Origin: an uncultured delta proteobacterium
GTDB lineage: Bacteria; Myxococcota_A; Polyangia; Polyangiales; Polyangiaceae
Assembly: GCA_963696385.1 (NCBI GenBank)
Contig: CAVOKF010000005.1
Span: forward strand, 608,001 to 672,000
DNA length: 64,000 bases
Direction: 5' to 3'
The notes beneath the pieces are model-generated. The model searched no databases and had not been told where the DNA came from. It was given only the letters and a program-made list of their open reading frames with translations. Positions within the stretch are counted from its first letter, which is position 1, and each line of letters opens with the position of its first letter. The translations under genes were made by a program, and so were the position numbers. Below, in pieces: positions 38,634-48,725 of the stretch.

Positions 38634-40046
38634 CTATTTCCCGTACCCGGCGGCCACGATGTTGGCCTGGACGGCGTCAGCGGTCGCGTCCGTCGCGGCT
38701 CCGGAGGTCATGACCCCTTCGAAGAAATTTCCTTGGGCGCCGTTGGTGTTGTCACCGCCCATGCCGAGGATGATGGCGCCCTGCTTCTTCATCGGGTTGT
38801 AGCCGGTAGGACGCGCTCCGTCGTAGAAGGTCGTCAGCATCCCCGACTGTGAGTTCCCGCCTTTGAGCGCAAAGGTCCCGGATCGGCCTATCACCAGACC
38901 TGTGACGTAAGCGGAAGTCTGGGGCATGTCGGCCGCGTTGGCGGCGAAGCTCACTCCTGCGAAGATGCCGTTCTCCATGTCCGCCATGACCCAGGGGCCG
39001 GCTCCGCCGCCCTTTCCCCATTGGGACGCGGTGCCGAAATAGACCGCCTCCATGGTACCGTCGCTGTCGTCGGAATTGTTGGTCTCTGCGTTCCCGTAGT
39101 CGAAGCAGCAGCCAGAGTTGTAGAAGGTGCCGCTCGTCACCATGTACTCGGTCTCCGGCAGGTCGGCGGTAGCGGTGCCCGCAGCCTTGTCGTTCCGATA
39201 GCCGTCGCCCGCCACGATGTGGAGCCCATAGACCGGGTGGCCGCTGAGCGTGAGCGTGAGAGCCGTCGCGTCGGCCGGGTTGTCCGGCGTGGCCTTGCGC
39301 TGGCCGGGGGGCGCCGGCGTGAGGTTGTTCCCCTTGCCGGACTGGTCGTAGAGGATCGACATCGTGCACGTCGTGCCGGCGCAGAACGCGTCTTGCGTCG
39401 CCGAGTTGGCGAAGCTGCCGGCGCTCAGGACCCCGATGTCCGTGGTCGTGTTGTCCGACGCGCGCGTCACCTGGTAGAGGCTCCCGCTGTACGCGCCGTA
39501 GAGCGCCCGAACCGTGCTATGCGCGGCCATGCACGGCGTACCGCCGGAAGCGAAGATGTCGCAGACCCCGGCGCCGGCTGGCGCGACGCCGGTGTCACCC
39601 GTCGCGCCGCTATCGGCGCCTGCCAGGCCCGAGTCGGCGCCGCTGGATCCCCCGCTCGTGCTCGAGCCACTCGAACTGGAGCTCATGCCGCCGTCGCTCC
39701 CGCTCATGCCGCCGTCGCTCGGGCTCGTGCCCCCCGAACTCGAGTTCGTCCCGGCAGAGCCCGTGGTCGTGCTGCCCGAATTCGCGTTGGTCCCACCCGT
39801 GCTCGCGCCGCCCGAATTCGCGTTGGTCCCATCCGTGCTCGCGCCGCCGGTGCTAGAATCGCTGCCGGTGCTGGAGCTTCCGTTCGTCGCACCCCCTTCC
39901 AACGAGGTACCGGGTGAGGTCTCGTTGGAACCGCTCGAGCAGCCGTCCGCCGCAGCGATGGCCATCGTCGCCGCGCTCGCCAGGAATGCCGGACGGGCGA
40001 TGAGAACCACCGAACGCGAATGCAGCCTCGTCTTTGCTGGATTCAC
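38634..40046 (-). CDS. Alpha-L-arabinofuranosidase B (GH54) catalytic-domain lipoprotein with Ser/Gly/Thr linker
   Basis: CDIFASGGTPCMAAHSTVRALY, YDQSGKGN, CCFDYGNAE, GPWVMADMENG, MKKQGAIILGMGGDN, FFEGVMT, VQANIVAAGY. Confidence 0.92.
   Translation of the reverse strand: MNPAKTRLHSRSVVLIARPAFLASAATMAIAAADGCSSGSNETSPGTSLEGGATNGSSSTGSDSSTGGASTDGTNANSGGASTGGTNANSGSTTTGSAGTNSSSGGTSPSDGGMSGSDGGMSSSSSGSSTSGGSSGADSGLAGADSGATGDTGVAPAGAGVCDIFASGGTPCMAAHSTVRALYGAYSGSLYQVTRASDNTTTDIGVLSAGSFANSATQDAFCAGTTCTMSILYDQSGKGNNLTPAPPGQRKATPDNPADATALTLTLSGHPVYGLHIVAGDGYRNDKAAGTATADLPETEYMVTSGTFYNSGCCFDYGNAETNNSDDSDGTMEAVYFGTASQWGKGGGAGPWVMADMENGIFAGVSFAANAADMPQTSAYVTGLVIGRSGTFALKGGNSQSGMLTTFYDGARPTGYNPMKKQGAIILGMGGDNTNGAQGNFFEGVMTSGAATDATADAVQANIVAAGYGK
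39681..39847. repeat. In-frame tandem repeats in the GH54 linker (21-bp and 36-bp periods)
   Basis: GCTCATGCCGCCGTCGCTC x2 (SDGGMS) and GAATTCGCGTTGGTCCCA..GTGCTCGCGCC x2 (GTNANSG). Confidence 0.75.
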
Positions 40047-40170
40047 GCATGAACCATACTGCGTCCAGGCTCGGTGTCACTTGTCGAAAATGCGCGGAGC
40101 GCGAGCAGCCAAATCGGTTCGCCGTTCCAGTCACAACGAACGATTCAACGTAACTTCTGTGACGCGCTCC

Positions 40171-40260
40171 GATGCCCCCGACCGTGAGCACATCAAGCGG
40201 GTCGTCGGGCTACCCGGAGACACAGTCTCGGTCAACAGCACGGAGATTATCTTGAACGGG
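40171..40260 (+). pseudogene. About 30-codon relic of signal peptidase I (catalytic Lys box)
   Basis: PDREHIKRVVGLPGDTVSVNSTEIILNG matches the LepB KRxxGxPGD box; no flanking LepB sequence. Confidence 0.6.
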
Positions 40261-40302
40261 CCCCATGGGGCAGTCCCCCTCTCCCGGCAACCGCCACGGT
40301 GC

Positions 40303-43230
40303 TCAGTCCAGCAAAGCCAGCAGCTCGTCGCGCGTAATCCCCCCAGCCTGGGCGGCCTCGCCGAGCGCGACCTCGGCGATGCGACGCTTGCGCTCTTGCA
40401 GGCCGAGGATCCCCTCCTCGACCGTATCCTTGGTGACCATTCGATAGACCATCACGGGACGTTCTTGCCCGAAGCGGTGGGCCCGGTCTGCGGCCTGCTC
40501 CTCCACTGCGGGGTTCCACCACGGGTCCAACAAGAAGACGTGATCGGCGGCGGTCAGATTGATGCCGGTCCCGCCCGCCTTGAGCGACACGATGAGCACC
40601 GGAGGTCCCGCTTCATCCTGAAATTCGTGGACGACCGCCGCGCGATCGCGCGTCGATCCGTCGAGACGTGCGAATCGGATGCCGGAGCCGTGCAAGTGCG
40701 GCTCGACGAGGTCGAGCAGCGACGTCCACTGCGAAAAGACGAGCGCCTTGTGGCCCTCGGCGACGGCGTCCTCGAGCGCCTCGATGAGCCGCTCGACCTT
40801 CGACGACGTTGAAGCGTGCTGCCCGGGAACGAGGCCCGTGTGACAGGCAGCCTGGCGAAGGCGCAGCAGGGCTTCGAGGGCGGCGAGGACTCCGCCGCCC
40901 TCGGCGATTTTTTCCGCCACGCTCTTGCGGGTTGCGACGCGGACGGCGTCGTAGACGCTGCGCTCCGTTTCATCGAGCTCGACGTGCAGCACCGCGTCGG
41001 TGCGTGACGGCAGCTCCGGCAGCACGTCTCGCTTCGTGCGCCGCAGCACGAAGGGACGAATCTTGGCGCGCAGACGCGCGCCCGCCTCAGGGTTGCCGCT
41101 CGCGATGGGACTCACGTATCGCTCCTGGAAGTCGCTGACGCCCCCCAAAAGCCCTGGGTTTGCGAAGTGCATCGCGCTCCAGAGCTCTTCGAGTCGATTC
41201 TCGACTGGGGTACCGCTGAGAAGCACGCGAAACTTTCCTCGCAGCCCGAACGCGGCTCGCGCCGTTTGGCTGCCCAGATTCTTGATGGCCTGGCCCTCGT
41301 CGAGGACGACCACGTCCCACGATTCTTCGGCGAGCAACTCCGCATCGAGGCGAAGCACCGCATACGTCATGAGCGTCACGTCGGCGCTCCGATCGATCTG
41401 CCGCTTCGGTCCTTGGTAGATCGCCGTGCGCAGACCGGGACGGAAGCGGTTGATCTCGTCGACCCAGTTGTACACGACGCTCTTCGGGCAGACGACGACC
41501 ACGCGCCCGCGCAGCACGCAGATCGTCTGGAGCGTCTTGCCGAGGCCCATGTCGTCGGCGAGGACCGCGCCGAGCTCCGCGTCGCGCAGAAAAGCCAGCC
41601 AGTCCACTCCTTGCTGCTGATAGGGGCGCAAGGACGCGTTCAAACCGGAAGGCAGAGCCGATCGCGGGATACCGTCGAACTGTCCGAAGAGCGGCGCTAG
41701 CCGGTCGAGCAGCGGCGGACGCGGCGCTTCCAGCGCATCGCAGAGGGGGCCGATCGTCAACAGCGCGGCCGGCCCGAGCTTCTTGTCGGTCCCTCGGGCC
41801 GCGAGCAAATCGGCCACCAGATGCCCGTGTCGGGCGAGCCAGTCGGCCGGTAACGGCGCCCAGCCACCGCCTTGCAGCGGTACCAAGTCGAGCCCGTCTT
41901 GCCAGGCGCGGACGACGGCTCGGGCCTCGGCCCGCTTGGGCCCTGACTGCCGACCTTCTTCGTCGTCGCACTCGAACACGACGTCGTAGACATCGCCTTC
42001 GACGGCCAGCCGCGGCCGAAGCAGTCGTTCCGAGAACGCTTCCGAGTGCGTTTCGAAGCCGGTGTGCTTTTGCCATTCACGCAGCTTGGTGGCGAAGCGA
42101 ATCGCCTCGTTGCCGTCGAGATCGACGCGACGGCCCGGCACGAGGTTCAATTCGTCGCGAAGGCGTCGGAGAGCTTCGCGCTCTTCGCTCGGACGGCGCG
42201 TCGGTATCGAGTCACCGAGCATGACGAGCGTGTCTCCATCGACCCGGGCTACCGCCGGGTTGCCGTAAACGAGCGTCGGCAAGACGGACAAGGTGTGGCC
42301 CTGGTGCGAGAGGTCCATCTCGATGCGCGGACGCGCGTCGACCGCCGCGCGCGGGAGTCGGTCGGTTGCGATGACGACGTCGACCTTGCGCTCGAGCTCG
42401 GGCAGCACGGTCGTGACGAGATCGGCGGCTTCGGCGGGCTTGAACTTGCGCTCGAGCGGCAGCCGCTCGAGCCATTCGCCCGTCGTCGACGCTTCCCCGA
42501 TGGGGTGCAGGACATCGCCACACCGCACGACGCCTTTGGCCACGACCGCCGTGACGGCGGGGTCGCGCTCGAGACGCAGGACGAAGCCCCCCAGAGGCCC
42601 GTCTTCGACCCGAGCGTGCGGCAGGACGGTCTCGCTCGAGACGCGGATCGGGGCGCCCTGCAGGGTCACTTGCGCGTCGTTCGAGAGCGCTCCGAACAAG
42701 TCGGCGATCCTTCCCGGTTGCACGACGTCGCGCACGGGCATCCCCAGAATGCGTTCGGCACGCAGATCGTCGTGCGTCGGCGTCCAACCGGTCGGCGTAC
42801 GGCCGCGCGCTACGCTGGAAGCGATCGAGTCGACGAGTCGTTCTTCGCGTCCGTCGGCGTGCACCAGGACGCGCAGCACCGAGAGCAGCCCGTCGCGCGT
42901 CGCCAGGCGATACGCGAGCCGCGCCGGCTTTAACGAAACGGCTGAGGTGAGCGACTCGCCCCGTTCGGCGGCTTGCGACGAGGCGATGATGGCGGCCGCG
43001 ACGTGTGCGCACGGGTCGGTTTTGCCGTTGCAATCGCACGTCCACTCGGGACCCTCGGGATACAGCGTTACGGTGAGCGCGATCGCGTGCCCGGGGGCCC
43101 GCACGCGCAGCGTCATTTCGTCGGCGGTCGAACCGGCTGACGACACGGCGCCCTCCCGGGCAAGCTTCACCCCCTGGGACCAGATGCCGGGCAGGCACGT
43201 CTTCCGGATCGCTTCGAGGACCGCCAGCAT
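40303..43230 (-). CDS. SWIM zinc-finger/SNF2-family helicase
   Basis: WTCDC...[65 protein letters not shown]. Confidence 0.95.
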   Translation of the reverse strand: MLAVLEAIRKTCLPGIWSQGVKLAREGAVSSAGSTADEMTLRVRAPGHAIALTVTLYPEGPEWTCDCNGKTDPCAHVAAAIIASSQAAERGESLTSAVSLKPARLAYRLATRDGLLSVLRVLVHADGREERLVDSIASSVARGRTPTGWTPTHDDLRAERILGMPVRDVVQPGRIADLFGALSNDAQVTLQGAPIRVSSETVLPHARVEDGPLGGFVLRLERDPAVTAVVAKGVVRCGDVLHPIGEASTTGEWLERLPLERKFKPAEAADLVTTVLPELERKVDVVIATDRLPRAAVDARPRIEMDLSHQGHTLSVLPTLVYGNPAVARVDGDTLVMLGDSIPTRRPSEEREALRRLRDELNLVPGRRVDLDGNEAIRFATKLREWQKHTGFETHSEAFSERLLRPRLAVEGDVYDVVFECDDEEGRQSGPKRAEARAVVRAWQDGLDLVPLQGGGWAPLPADWLARHGHLVADLLAARGTDKKLGPAALLTIGPLCDALEAPRPPLLDRLAPLFGQFDGIPRSALPSGLNASLRPYQQQGVDWLAFLRDAELGAVLADDMGLGKTLQTICVLRGRVVVVCPKSVVYNWVDEINRFRPGLRTAIYQGPKRQIDRSADVTLMTYAVLRLDAELLAEESWDVVVLDEGQAIKNLGSQTARAAFGLRGKFRVLLSGTPVENRLEELWSAMHFANPGLLGGVSDFQERYVSPIASGNPEAGARLRAKIRPFVLRRTKRDVLPELPSRTDAVLHVELDETERSVYDAVRVATRKSVAEKIAEGGGVLAALEALLRLRQAACHTGLVPGQHASTSSKVERLIEALEDAVAEGHKALVFSQWTSLLDLVEPHLHGSGIRFARLDGSTRDRAAVVHEFQDEAGPPVLIVSLKAGGTGINLTAADHVFLLDPWWNPAVEEQAADRAHRFGQERPVMVYRMVTKDTVEEGILGLQERKRRIAEVALGEAAQAGGITRDELLALLD

Positions 43231-43620
43231 CGAACGCGAGAGATAGCGGCTCGCTCTCTTTTCTCCAGGCGCGTTCGATGTGGATGGCCGAGCCGACCGT
43301 GCCTGGATTCGGGCGCAACGGCGCGGAGCGTGGCGGGAACCCATGCTTGAGCCCGCGGCGGCGCACGGCCGCCGTCGCACGGCACGGTTCGTGGCGTTTT
43401 CGCGCGTTTGGGGCGCGAGAAGACTCGCCCCGGGCACGTCGCCGGGACGGCGGTGAACGACAAGGGTCTGGGTCGTTCGCACGAGGGGCTCGATCCCGTC
43501 CGGGAAATCGGAAAAACTACGACCGCAAAACGCGACCCATCCACGTGGCCATGGGTCGAGACAGCCATCGGGCCACAAGCTCAGGCGGATGCTCGGTTCA
43601 CCGCCAAAGGAGAAGTCACC

Positions 43621-43776
43621 ATGTTGAAATGGATCGGGGGCGTCGCGGTTCTTCTCGTTGCCCTCTGGGCGTTCGGCGTCGCGCTCCACCTGTTCGGCTG
43701 GCTCGTCCATCTCCTGCTAGGGCTGGCGGCCATTTCGGTTCTCGTTCGCTTCCTCTTGCGTCGCCGGTCCGCCTGA
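43621..43776 (+). CDS. Small two-TM protein (lmo0937/DUF5670-like)
   Basis: [45 protein letters not shown]. Confidence 0.7.
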   Translation: MLKWIGGVAVLLVALWAFGVALHLFGWLVHLLLGLAAISVLVRFLLRRRSA

Positions 43777-43823
43777 CGGGTGGACCCGCTTCGCGACCGA
43801 ACCGCACCGCCGCCGGTCGGCAC

Positions 43824-46169
43824 TCACACGATCCCGAGACGCTTGAACACGGGCACTTTCGCGTTGTCGACCAGGAGCGCAAAAACGATGGATCCCACGA
43901 ACGTCCCTCCAATCGCGATCCAGGGCAGGGGAGCCATCGCGATGCCGCAACCCGCCAAGACCGAGGCGATCGAGAGATCCGTGACCGAGGAGACCACGAG
44001 CCATCGACTGGGGCGGGTCGACCACAAGCGTTGACGAGTTCGGTTCGTATAGGTCGTCGCTTGATTGCCGGCCACGATGACCACGAAGGCGAGAGACTGC
44101 AGCGTCTTGAGGGCCAGATGCAGACCGAATTGGCCAATCGCCAATACCGCGGTGCACAAAAGGAGCTCGGCGAGACCCATGAAGACCCCGGCGGCCGTCA
44201 GGTTGCCGACTTTCCATGCGCTCGGCGTGGGCGATGGCCGCACGTGGTCGGTCGTCAGGGCCATGCCGAGGAAATCGCCGGTGATCATGACGATCACCAT
44301 CAACATCGGCGTCAGGATCGCATGTCCCGTCAAGACGAGCCCCAAGGCTAGAAAGAGGACTTGGACGACCTTCTTCGTCACGGAATTGATCGTATACGTT
44401 CGGATGCGCTGAAACGTGATCCGCCCTTCCTTGATGGCGGCCACGACGCCATCGAGCCCGGGCTTGGTCAGTACGATTCCAGCCGCCGACTTGGCGACGT
44501 CGGTGGCCGTCGAAACAGCAATGCCCATCTGGGCCTGCCGCAGCGCCGGCGCGTCGTTGGCGCCGTCGCCGCACATGCCCACGGTGTGGCCGGTTTTCTG
44601 GAACGCTTGAACGAGGCGAAATTTGTCCTCGGGAAGGACACCGGCGAAGACCGCGAACGTCTCGGGACGCACGCCCTCCGGGATCGGGCCGGGGGGGCAG
44701 ATGGCGCCGTCGAGCCCGACTTCTCGCGCAATGATCCCGGCGGTCTCGGGGGCATCGCCGGTCACCATCACGGTGCGCACTCCCAACGTGGAGAGCTCCT
44801 GGATGAGCTTGGCAGCATCGGCGCGCGGCGGGTCGCTCAGGGCGATGATTCCGACGATCCGTAGCGGGGTCGTGCCGGCGGCCACCGCCAGAACCCGGAA
44901 GCCCTTTTCCTCGAGTTCACGGACCGTCTGGGCGGCCGTGGCGGCCGGCTCGGACCGCGGGGCGACGGCCGCGAAGGCGCCTTTCACGGCGTTGAACGGG
45001 GCCCCGCCGGGATCGAGGGCCGTCGCTTCGCTCATCTTCGTGCCGGGATCGAATGGCACGAAATGGGTCGGCTTCGGCAGCGGCGCGGGGCTCGCCTTCG
45101 CGCAGGCCGATCGAATGGCGGCGTCTACAGGATCCTGTCCGCCCTCCGAACTGGCGAGGGCCGCCATCTGCAGCACGTGCGCTTCGTCGAAGCCGGGTTC
45201 GGGGCGGACGGCCGTGACCGACAGCTCGTTCTGAGTGAGCGTTCCCGTTTTGTCGGAACATAGAACGTCCAACGTGGCCGCCTCGTCGACCGCCGACAAC
45301 CGGGTTGGAAGCACGCCCAGGCGCGCCAGGACATTCGCGCCGATGGCCGCGGCCAGGGTGAACGTGGCCGACAGCGCCACGGGAATGGATGCCAGCACCG
45401 CCGTCAGAACCAGCGGAATGATCTCGCGCACCGGCATGTGGCGCGCATGCGCGTACCCGACGAGCAAAGCGATGATGCCGCCGTTGAACAGGGCCAGATT
45501 GCGGACCACACGCACCACCGTTTTTTGCTGGGTGCTCTCGACGTGCGCGGTTCGCACCAGTTCCGCCGTATGCCCGAACTGGGTGCGGCCCCCGGTGGCG
45601 GTGACGATCGCGGTGGCCTCGCCGCGTCGCACCAGCGCCCCGGCATAGGTGTGGATGCCGGGGCCAGCCTCGATCGGGACCGATTCGCCGGTCAGCATGG
45701 ACTGGTCGAGCAGGATCGATCCCGCGACCAGTGTGACGTCGGCCGCCACCACCGCGCCGAGCGATAGTTTGACGGCGTCGCCGGGGACGATCTCCGAGGC
45801 GGCGACGTTCTTCCACGCACCGTCACGCCGGACGGAGGCCGTGAGCGCGAGGCGCGATTTCAGTGCAGAAAGCGTCGCCTGCGCCCGCCCCTCTTGGAAG
45901 AACCCGAGAGCGGCGTTGAAGACGAGCAGTCCCGCGACCACGGCCGCTTCGACGTACTCATGGAGGACGGTCTGCAGTACGATGGCCGCTTCGAGCATCC
46001 AGGGAACCGGTGCCCAAAACTTGGCGAGCGCCATCTGCCAGGCCCGTACCGAGCTGTCGGGCATCGCATTCGGGCCGTACGTCGCCTGTCGCGCGCGGGC
46101 CTCCTCGCTCGTGAGGCCGGCGCACGGATCCTTTTCACCGTTACCCTGCACCGAGGCGGGCGCCGTCAT
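43824..46169 (-). CDS. P-type ATPase, type IIIA plasma-membrane proton-efflux family
   Basis: GLTSEEA, PVPWMLEAA, DQSMLTGES, ASIPVAL, CSDKTGTLT, MVTGD, GDGANDAPAL. Confidence 0.9.
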   Translation of the reverse strand: MTAPASVQGNGEKDPCAGLTSEEARARQATYGPNAMPDSSVRAWQMALAKFWAPVPWMLEAAIVLQTVLHEYVEAAVVAGLLVFNAALGFFQEGRAQATLSALKSRLALTASVRRDGAWKNVAASEIVPGDAVKLSLGAVVAADVTLVAGSILLDQSMLTGESVPIEAGPGIHTYAGALVRRGEATAIVTATGGRTQFGHTAELVRTAHVESTQQKTVVRVVRNLALFNGGIIALLVGYAHARHMPVREIIPLVLTAVLASIPVALSATFTLAAAIGANVLARLGVLPTRLSAVDEAATLDVLCSDKTGTLTQNELSVTAVRPEPGFDEAHVLQMAALASSEGGQDPVDAAIRSACAKASPAPLPKPTHFVPFDPGTKMSEATALDPGGAPFNAVKGAFAAVAPRSEPAATAAQTVRELEEKGFRVLAVAAGTTPLRIVGIIALSDPPRADAAKLIQELSTLGVRTVMVTGDAPETAGIIAREVGLDGAICPPGPIPEGVRPETFAVFAGVLPEDKFRLVQAFQKTGHTVGMCGDGANDAPALRQAQMGIAVSTATDVAKSAAGIVLTKPGLDGVVAAIKEGRITFQRIRTYTINSVTKKVVQVLFLALGLVLTGHAILTPMLMVIVMITGDFLGMALTTDHVRPSPTPSAWKVGNLTAAGVFMGLAELLLCTAVLAIGQFGLHLALKTLQSLAFVVIVAGNQATTYTNRTRQRLWSTRPSRWLVVSSVTDLSIASVLAGCGIAMAPLPWIAIGGTFVGSIVFALLVDNAKVPVFKRLGIV

Positions 46170-46202
46170 GGGACCGCGATTCGCGAAGGACCCGAGCTAT
46201 TC

Positions 46203-47657
46203 ATGAACCAACTCCAGACGATTGCCCGCCGAATCATGATCGAGCGCGGTCTTTTGCCCGATGTTTCGCCTGCCGTATTGGCCGAGGTGGCCGGTGTCGT
46301 GCACGCTCCCCTCGCGCAGACACCGGATGTCCGCGATTTGCGGGGGCTTCTTTGGGCGTCGATCGACAACGACACGTCCCGCGATCTCGACCAGCTGTCG
46401 GTCGCCGAGCGCTGGACCGGCGGCGCCGTCAAGATCCGGGTCGCCATCGCCGACGTCGATGCGGTTGTCCGGCCGGGCTCGGCGATCGATCAGCATGCCC
46501 GCACGAATACCACTTCCGTTTACACGGCCGCAGGGGTCTTCCCCATGCTGCCGGAGCGACTCTCCACGGATCTGACCTCCCTCGGGCAGGGCCAAGACCG
46601 TCTTGCGATCGGGATCGAGTGGGTGGTCGACGCCGACGGCACCGTGCGCGAGTCGGACGTTTATCGTGCGCTCGTGCGCAATCGCGCGAAACTCGCCTAC
46701 GGATCGGTCGCCGCGTGGCTCGAGGGATTGGCGCCGGCGCCCGCGGCGATCGACGCGGTTTCCGGGATCGACGAGCAGATCCGAATTCAGGATCGGGTGG
46801 CGCAGTCCATGCGGACGCGACGGTTTCGCCACGGCGCGCTGAGCCTGCAGACCTTCCAGGCCCAGGCTGTGTTCGACGGCAACGATCTTGCCGACTTGAG
46901 ACCCGACGAGCCGAATCGGGCCAAGGAGTTGATTGAGGACCTCATGGTGGCCGCCAACGGGGTGACCGCGACTTTTCTCGCGCACAAGGGTTTTCCGTCC
47001 TTGCGGCGGGTCCTGCGTTCCCCCGAGCGGTGGGGCCGGATCGTGACCCTCGCCAAGGACCTGGGCGACAATCTGCCCACCGAACCGAGCGGCGAGGCGC
47101 TCGCTGCCTTTCTCACGAAGCGCAAAATCGCAGACCCCGATCGATTCGCGGATCTTTCCCTTTCCGTGGTGAAGCTCTTGGGTCGCGGCGAGTACGTGCT
47201 GCAGTGGCCCGACGCCAAGCCCGCCGGACACTTTGCCCTGGCCGTGACCGACTACACCCATTCGACCGCGCCCAATCGCCGCTTCCCAGATCTCGTGACG
47301 CAGCGCTTGCTCAAAGCGGCCGTCGCCGCCCGGCCGGTGCCCTACACCGACGGCGATTTGAGCGCGCTCGCCACGCATTGTACCGTCCAGGAAACCCAGG
47401 CGGCCAAAGTGGAACGGCACGTGAACAAATCCGCCGCGGCACTGCTGCTCGCGTCACGCATCGGGCAACGGTTTGACGCTCTGGTGACCGGCGCCTCGGA
47501 AAAGGGAACCTGGGTCCGCATTGCTCACCCCGCCACCGAAGGCAAGGTCGTGCGCGGGTTCCAGGGGCTCGACGTAGGTGATCGAACGCGGGTCGAGCTC
47601 GTATCCACCGACGTCGAGCGCGGATTCATCGACTTTGCGGGACCGGGTAGCTCGTGA
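46203..47657 (+). CDS. RNB-domain exoribonuclease (RNase II/R-like, short form)
   Basis: SIDNDTSRDLDQ, LIEDLMVAAN, YTHSTAPNRRFPDL, C-terminal S1-like GFIDF. Confidence 0.92.
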   Translation: MNQLQTIARRIMIERGLLPDVSPAVLAEVAGVVHAPLAQTPDVRDLRGLLWASIDNDTSRDLDQLSVAERWTGGAVKIRVAIADVDAVVRPGSAIDQHARTNTTSVYTAAGVFPMLPERLSTDLTSLGQGQDRLAIGIEWVVDADGTVRESDVYRALVRNRAKLAYGSVAAWLEGLAPAPAAIDAVSGIDEQIRIQDRVAQSMRTRRFRHGALSLQTFQAQAVFDGNDLADLRPDEPNRAKELIEDLMVAANGVTATFLAHKGFPSLRRVLRSPERWGRIVTLAKDLGDNLPTEPSGEALAAFLTKRKIADPDRFADLSLSVVKLLGRGEYVLQWPDAKPAGHFALAVTDYTHSTAPNRRFPDLVTQRLLKAAVAARPVPYTDGDLSALATHCTVQETQAAKVERHVNKSAAALLLASRIGQRFDALVTGASEKGTWVRIAHPATEGKVVRGFQGLDVGDRTRVELVSTDVERGFIDFAGPGSS

Positions 47658-48292
47658 GCGGCCAGCCCGCATTCGACCTCGAAGCCTGGCTCGCGGCAGC
47701 CCCCGCGAGTCCACCTATCGTGCAGGCCGGCGACCCCGTCCTTCGCCGCGGCGCCGAGGCCGTTCCCTCGTCTCTGTTTGGAACCGTCGAGCTCTCGCAG
47801 CTCGTCTCCGTCATGGTCGACGTCATGCGGGCAGCGCCCGGCGTCGGCCTGGCGGCCCCGCAAATCGGCGTTCCGCTGCGCGTCTTCGTCGCCGAAGACT
47901 CCGAAGATCGTCTGGCCCACCTGGACGCCGACGTCCTTGCCGTGCGCGGTCGAACTCCCCTTCCTTTGATGGCGCTCATCAACCCGGTCGTCGTCGCCGT
48001 CTCGGAAGACCATGCCACGTTCTTCGAAGGCTGCTTGAGCGTGCGGGGTTACGGTGCGCTTGTCCGCCGGGCGGCCTCGGTCGACGTCGCCGGCGCCGAC
48101 GTCAACGGCGGCCCCACTTCACTGCGGCTGCACGGGTGGCCTGCGCGGATCATGCAGCACGAATTCGATCACCTCGACGGAACCCTGTACGTCGACCGGA
48201 TGATCCCCCGCTCGCTGTCGTGCGACGCCGAGCTTGCCCGGTGGGGCGGCCGGCCCGTCTCGGACGTGTTCCGGGAGCTCGTCGACCGCTGA
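47654..48292 (+). CDS. def: Peptide deformylase
   Basis: GVGLAAPQIG, EGCLS, QHEFDHLDG. Confidence 0.95.
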   Translation: MSGQPAFDLEAWLAAAPASPPIVQAGDPVLRRGAEAVPSSLFGTVELSQLVSVMVDVMRAAPGVGLAAPQIGVPLRVFVAEDSEDRLAHLDADVLAVRGRTPLPLMALINPVVVAVSEDHATFFEGCLSVRGYGALVRRAASVDVAGADVNGGPTSLRLHGWPARIMQHEFDHLDGTLYVDRMIPRSLSCDAELARWGGRPVSDVFRELVDR

Positions 48293-48326
48293 TCGTCGGT
48301 GGGTGCGCGCCGATGCAGCCTGAGAG

Positions 48327-48608
48327 CTACTTGCAGGTGACCACCATCTCGCCGTTGTCTCCCGGCCTTCCGATGGGCTCGCTCATCGAGTCGGGTGACG
48401 TGTAGCGATCTTGGTTGCCTCGCGAATCCACCACGTCGTAGCCCTTCGGACACGCATCGGACGCAAGCTCGCGGCACTTGGCGCGGTCGTGGGGGCAGCG
48501 AATCGACATCCAACCGGTTTGTCCCTCGGGCCCCTTCATGGGGATCACGGATGGGGCGCTGGAACCGCAGGCGAAAAGCACGATCGAGCACGAGACAATC
48601 CATCGCAT
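48327..48608 (-). CDS. Small Cys-containing lipoprotein
   Basis: VLFAC lipobox; C...C...CPKGY...VTCK. Confidence 0.6.
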   Translation of the reverse strand: MRWIVSCSIVLFACGSSAPSVIPMKGPEGQTGWMSIRCPHDRAKCRELASDACPKGYDVVDSRGNQDRYTSPDSMSEPIGRPGDNGEMVVTCK

Positions 48609-48725
48609 GGGGCTTTTCGCTGTCTAGTGCAACCGGCAGCGCGCCGCGACCGGCCAGCGACTCGCACGGCCGCGGTCGCGTGCGCGCACCGCGGTCGAGG
48701 TCGGTGTCCATGCGAGGTCGAGGTG

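Noticed and set aside
39514..40812. 432-aa + strand ORF
   Set aside because: Composite of antisense GH54 linker, the short lepB relic and antisense SNF2
40303..43230. SNF2 helicase as part of an anti-phage system
   Set aside because: Stand-alone SWIM-SNF2 with no methylase, nuclease or other defence partner adjacent
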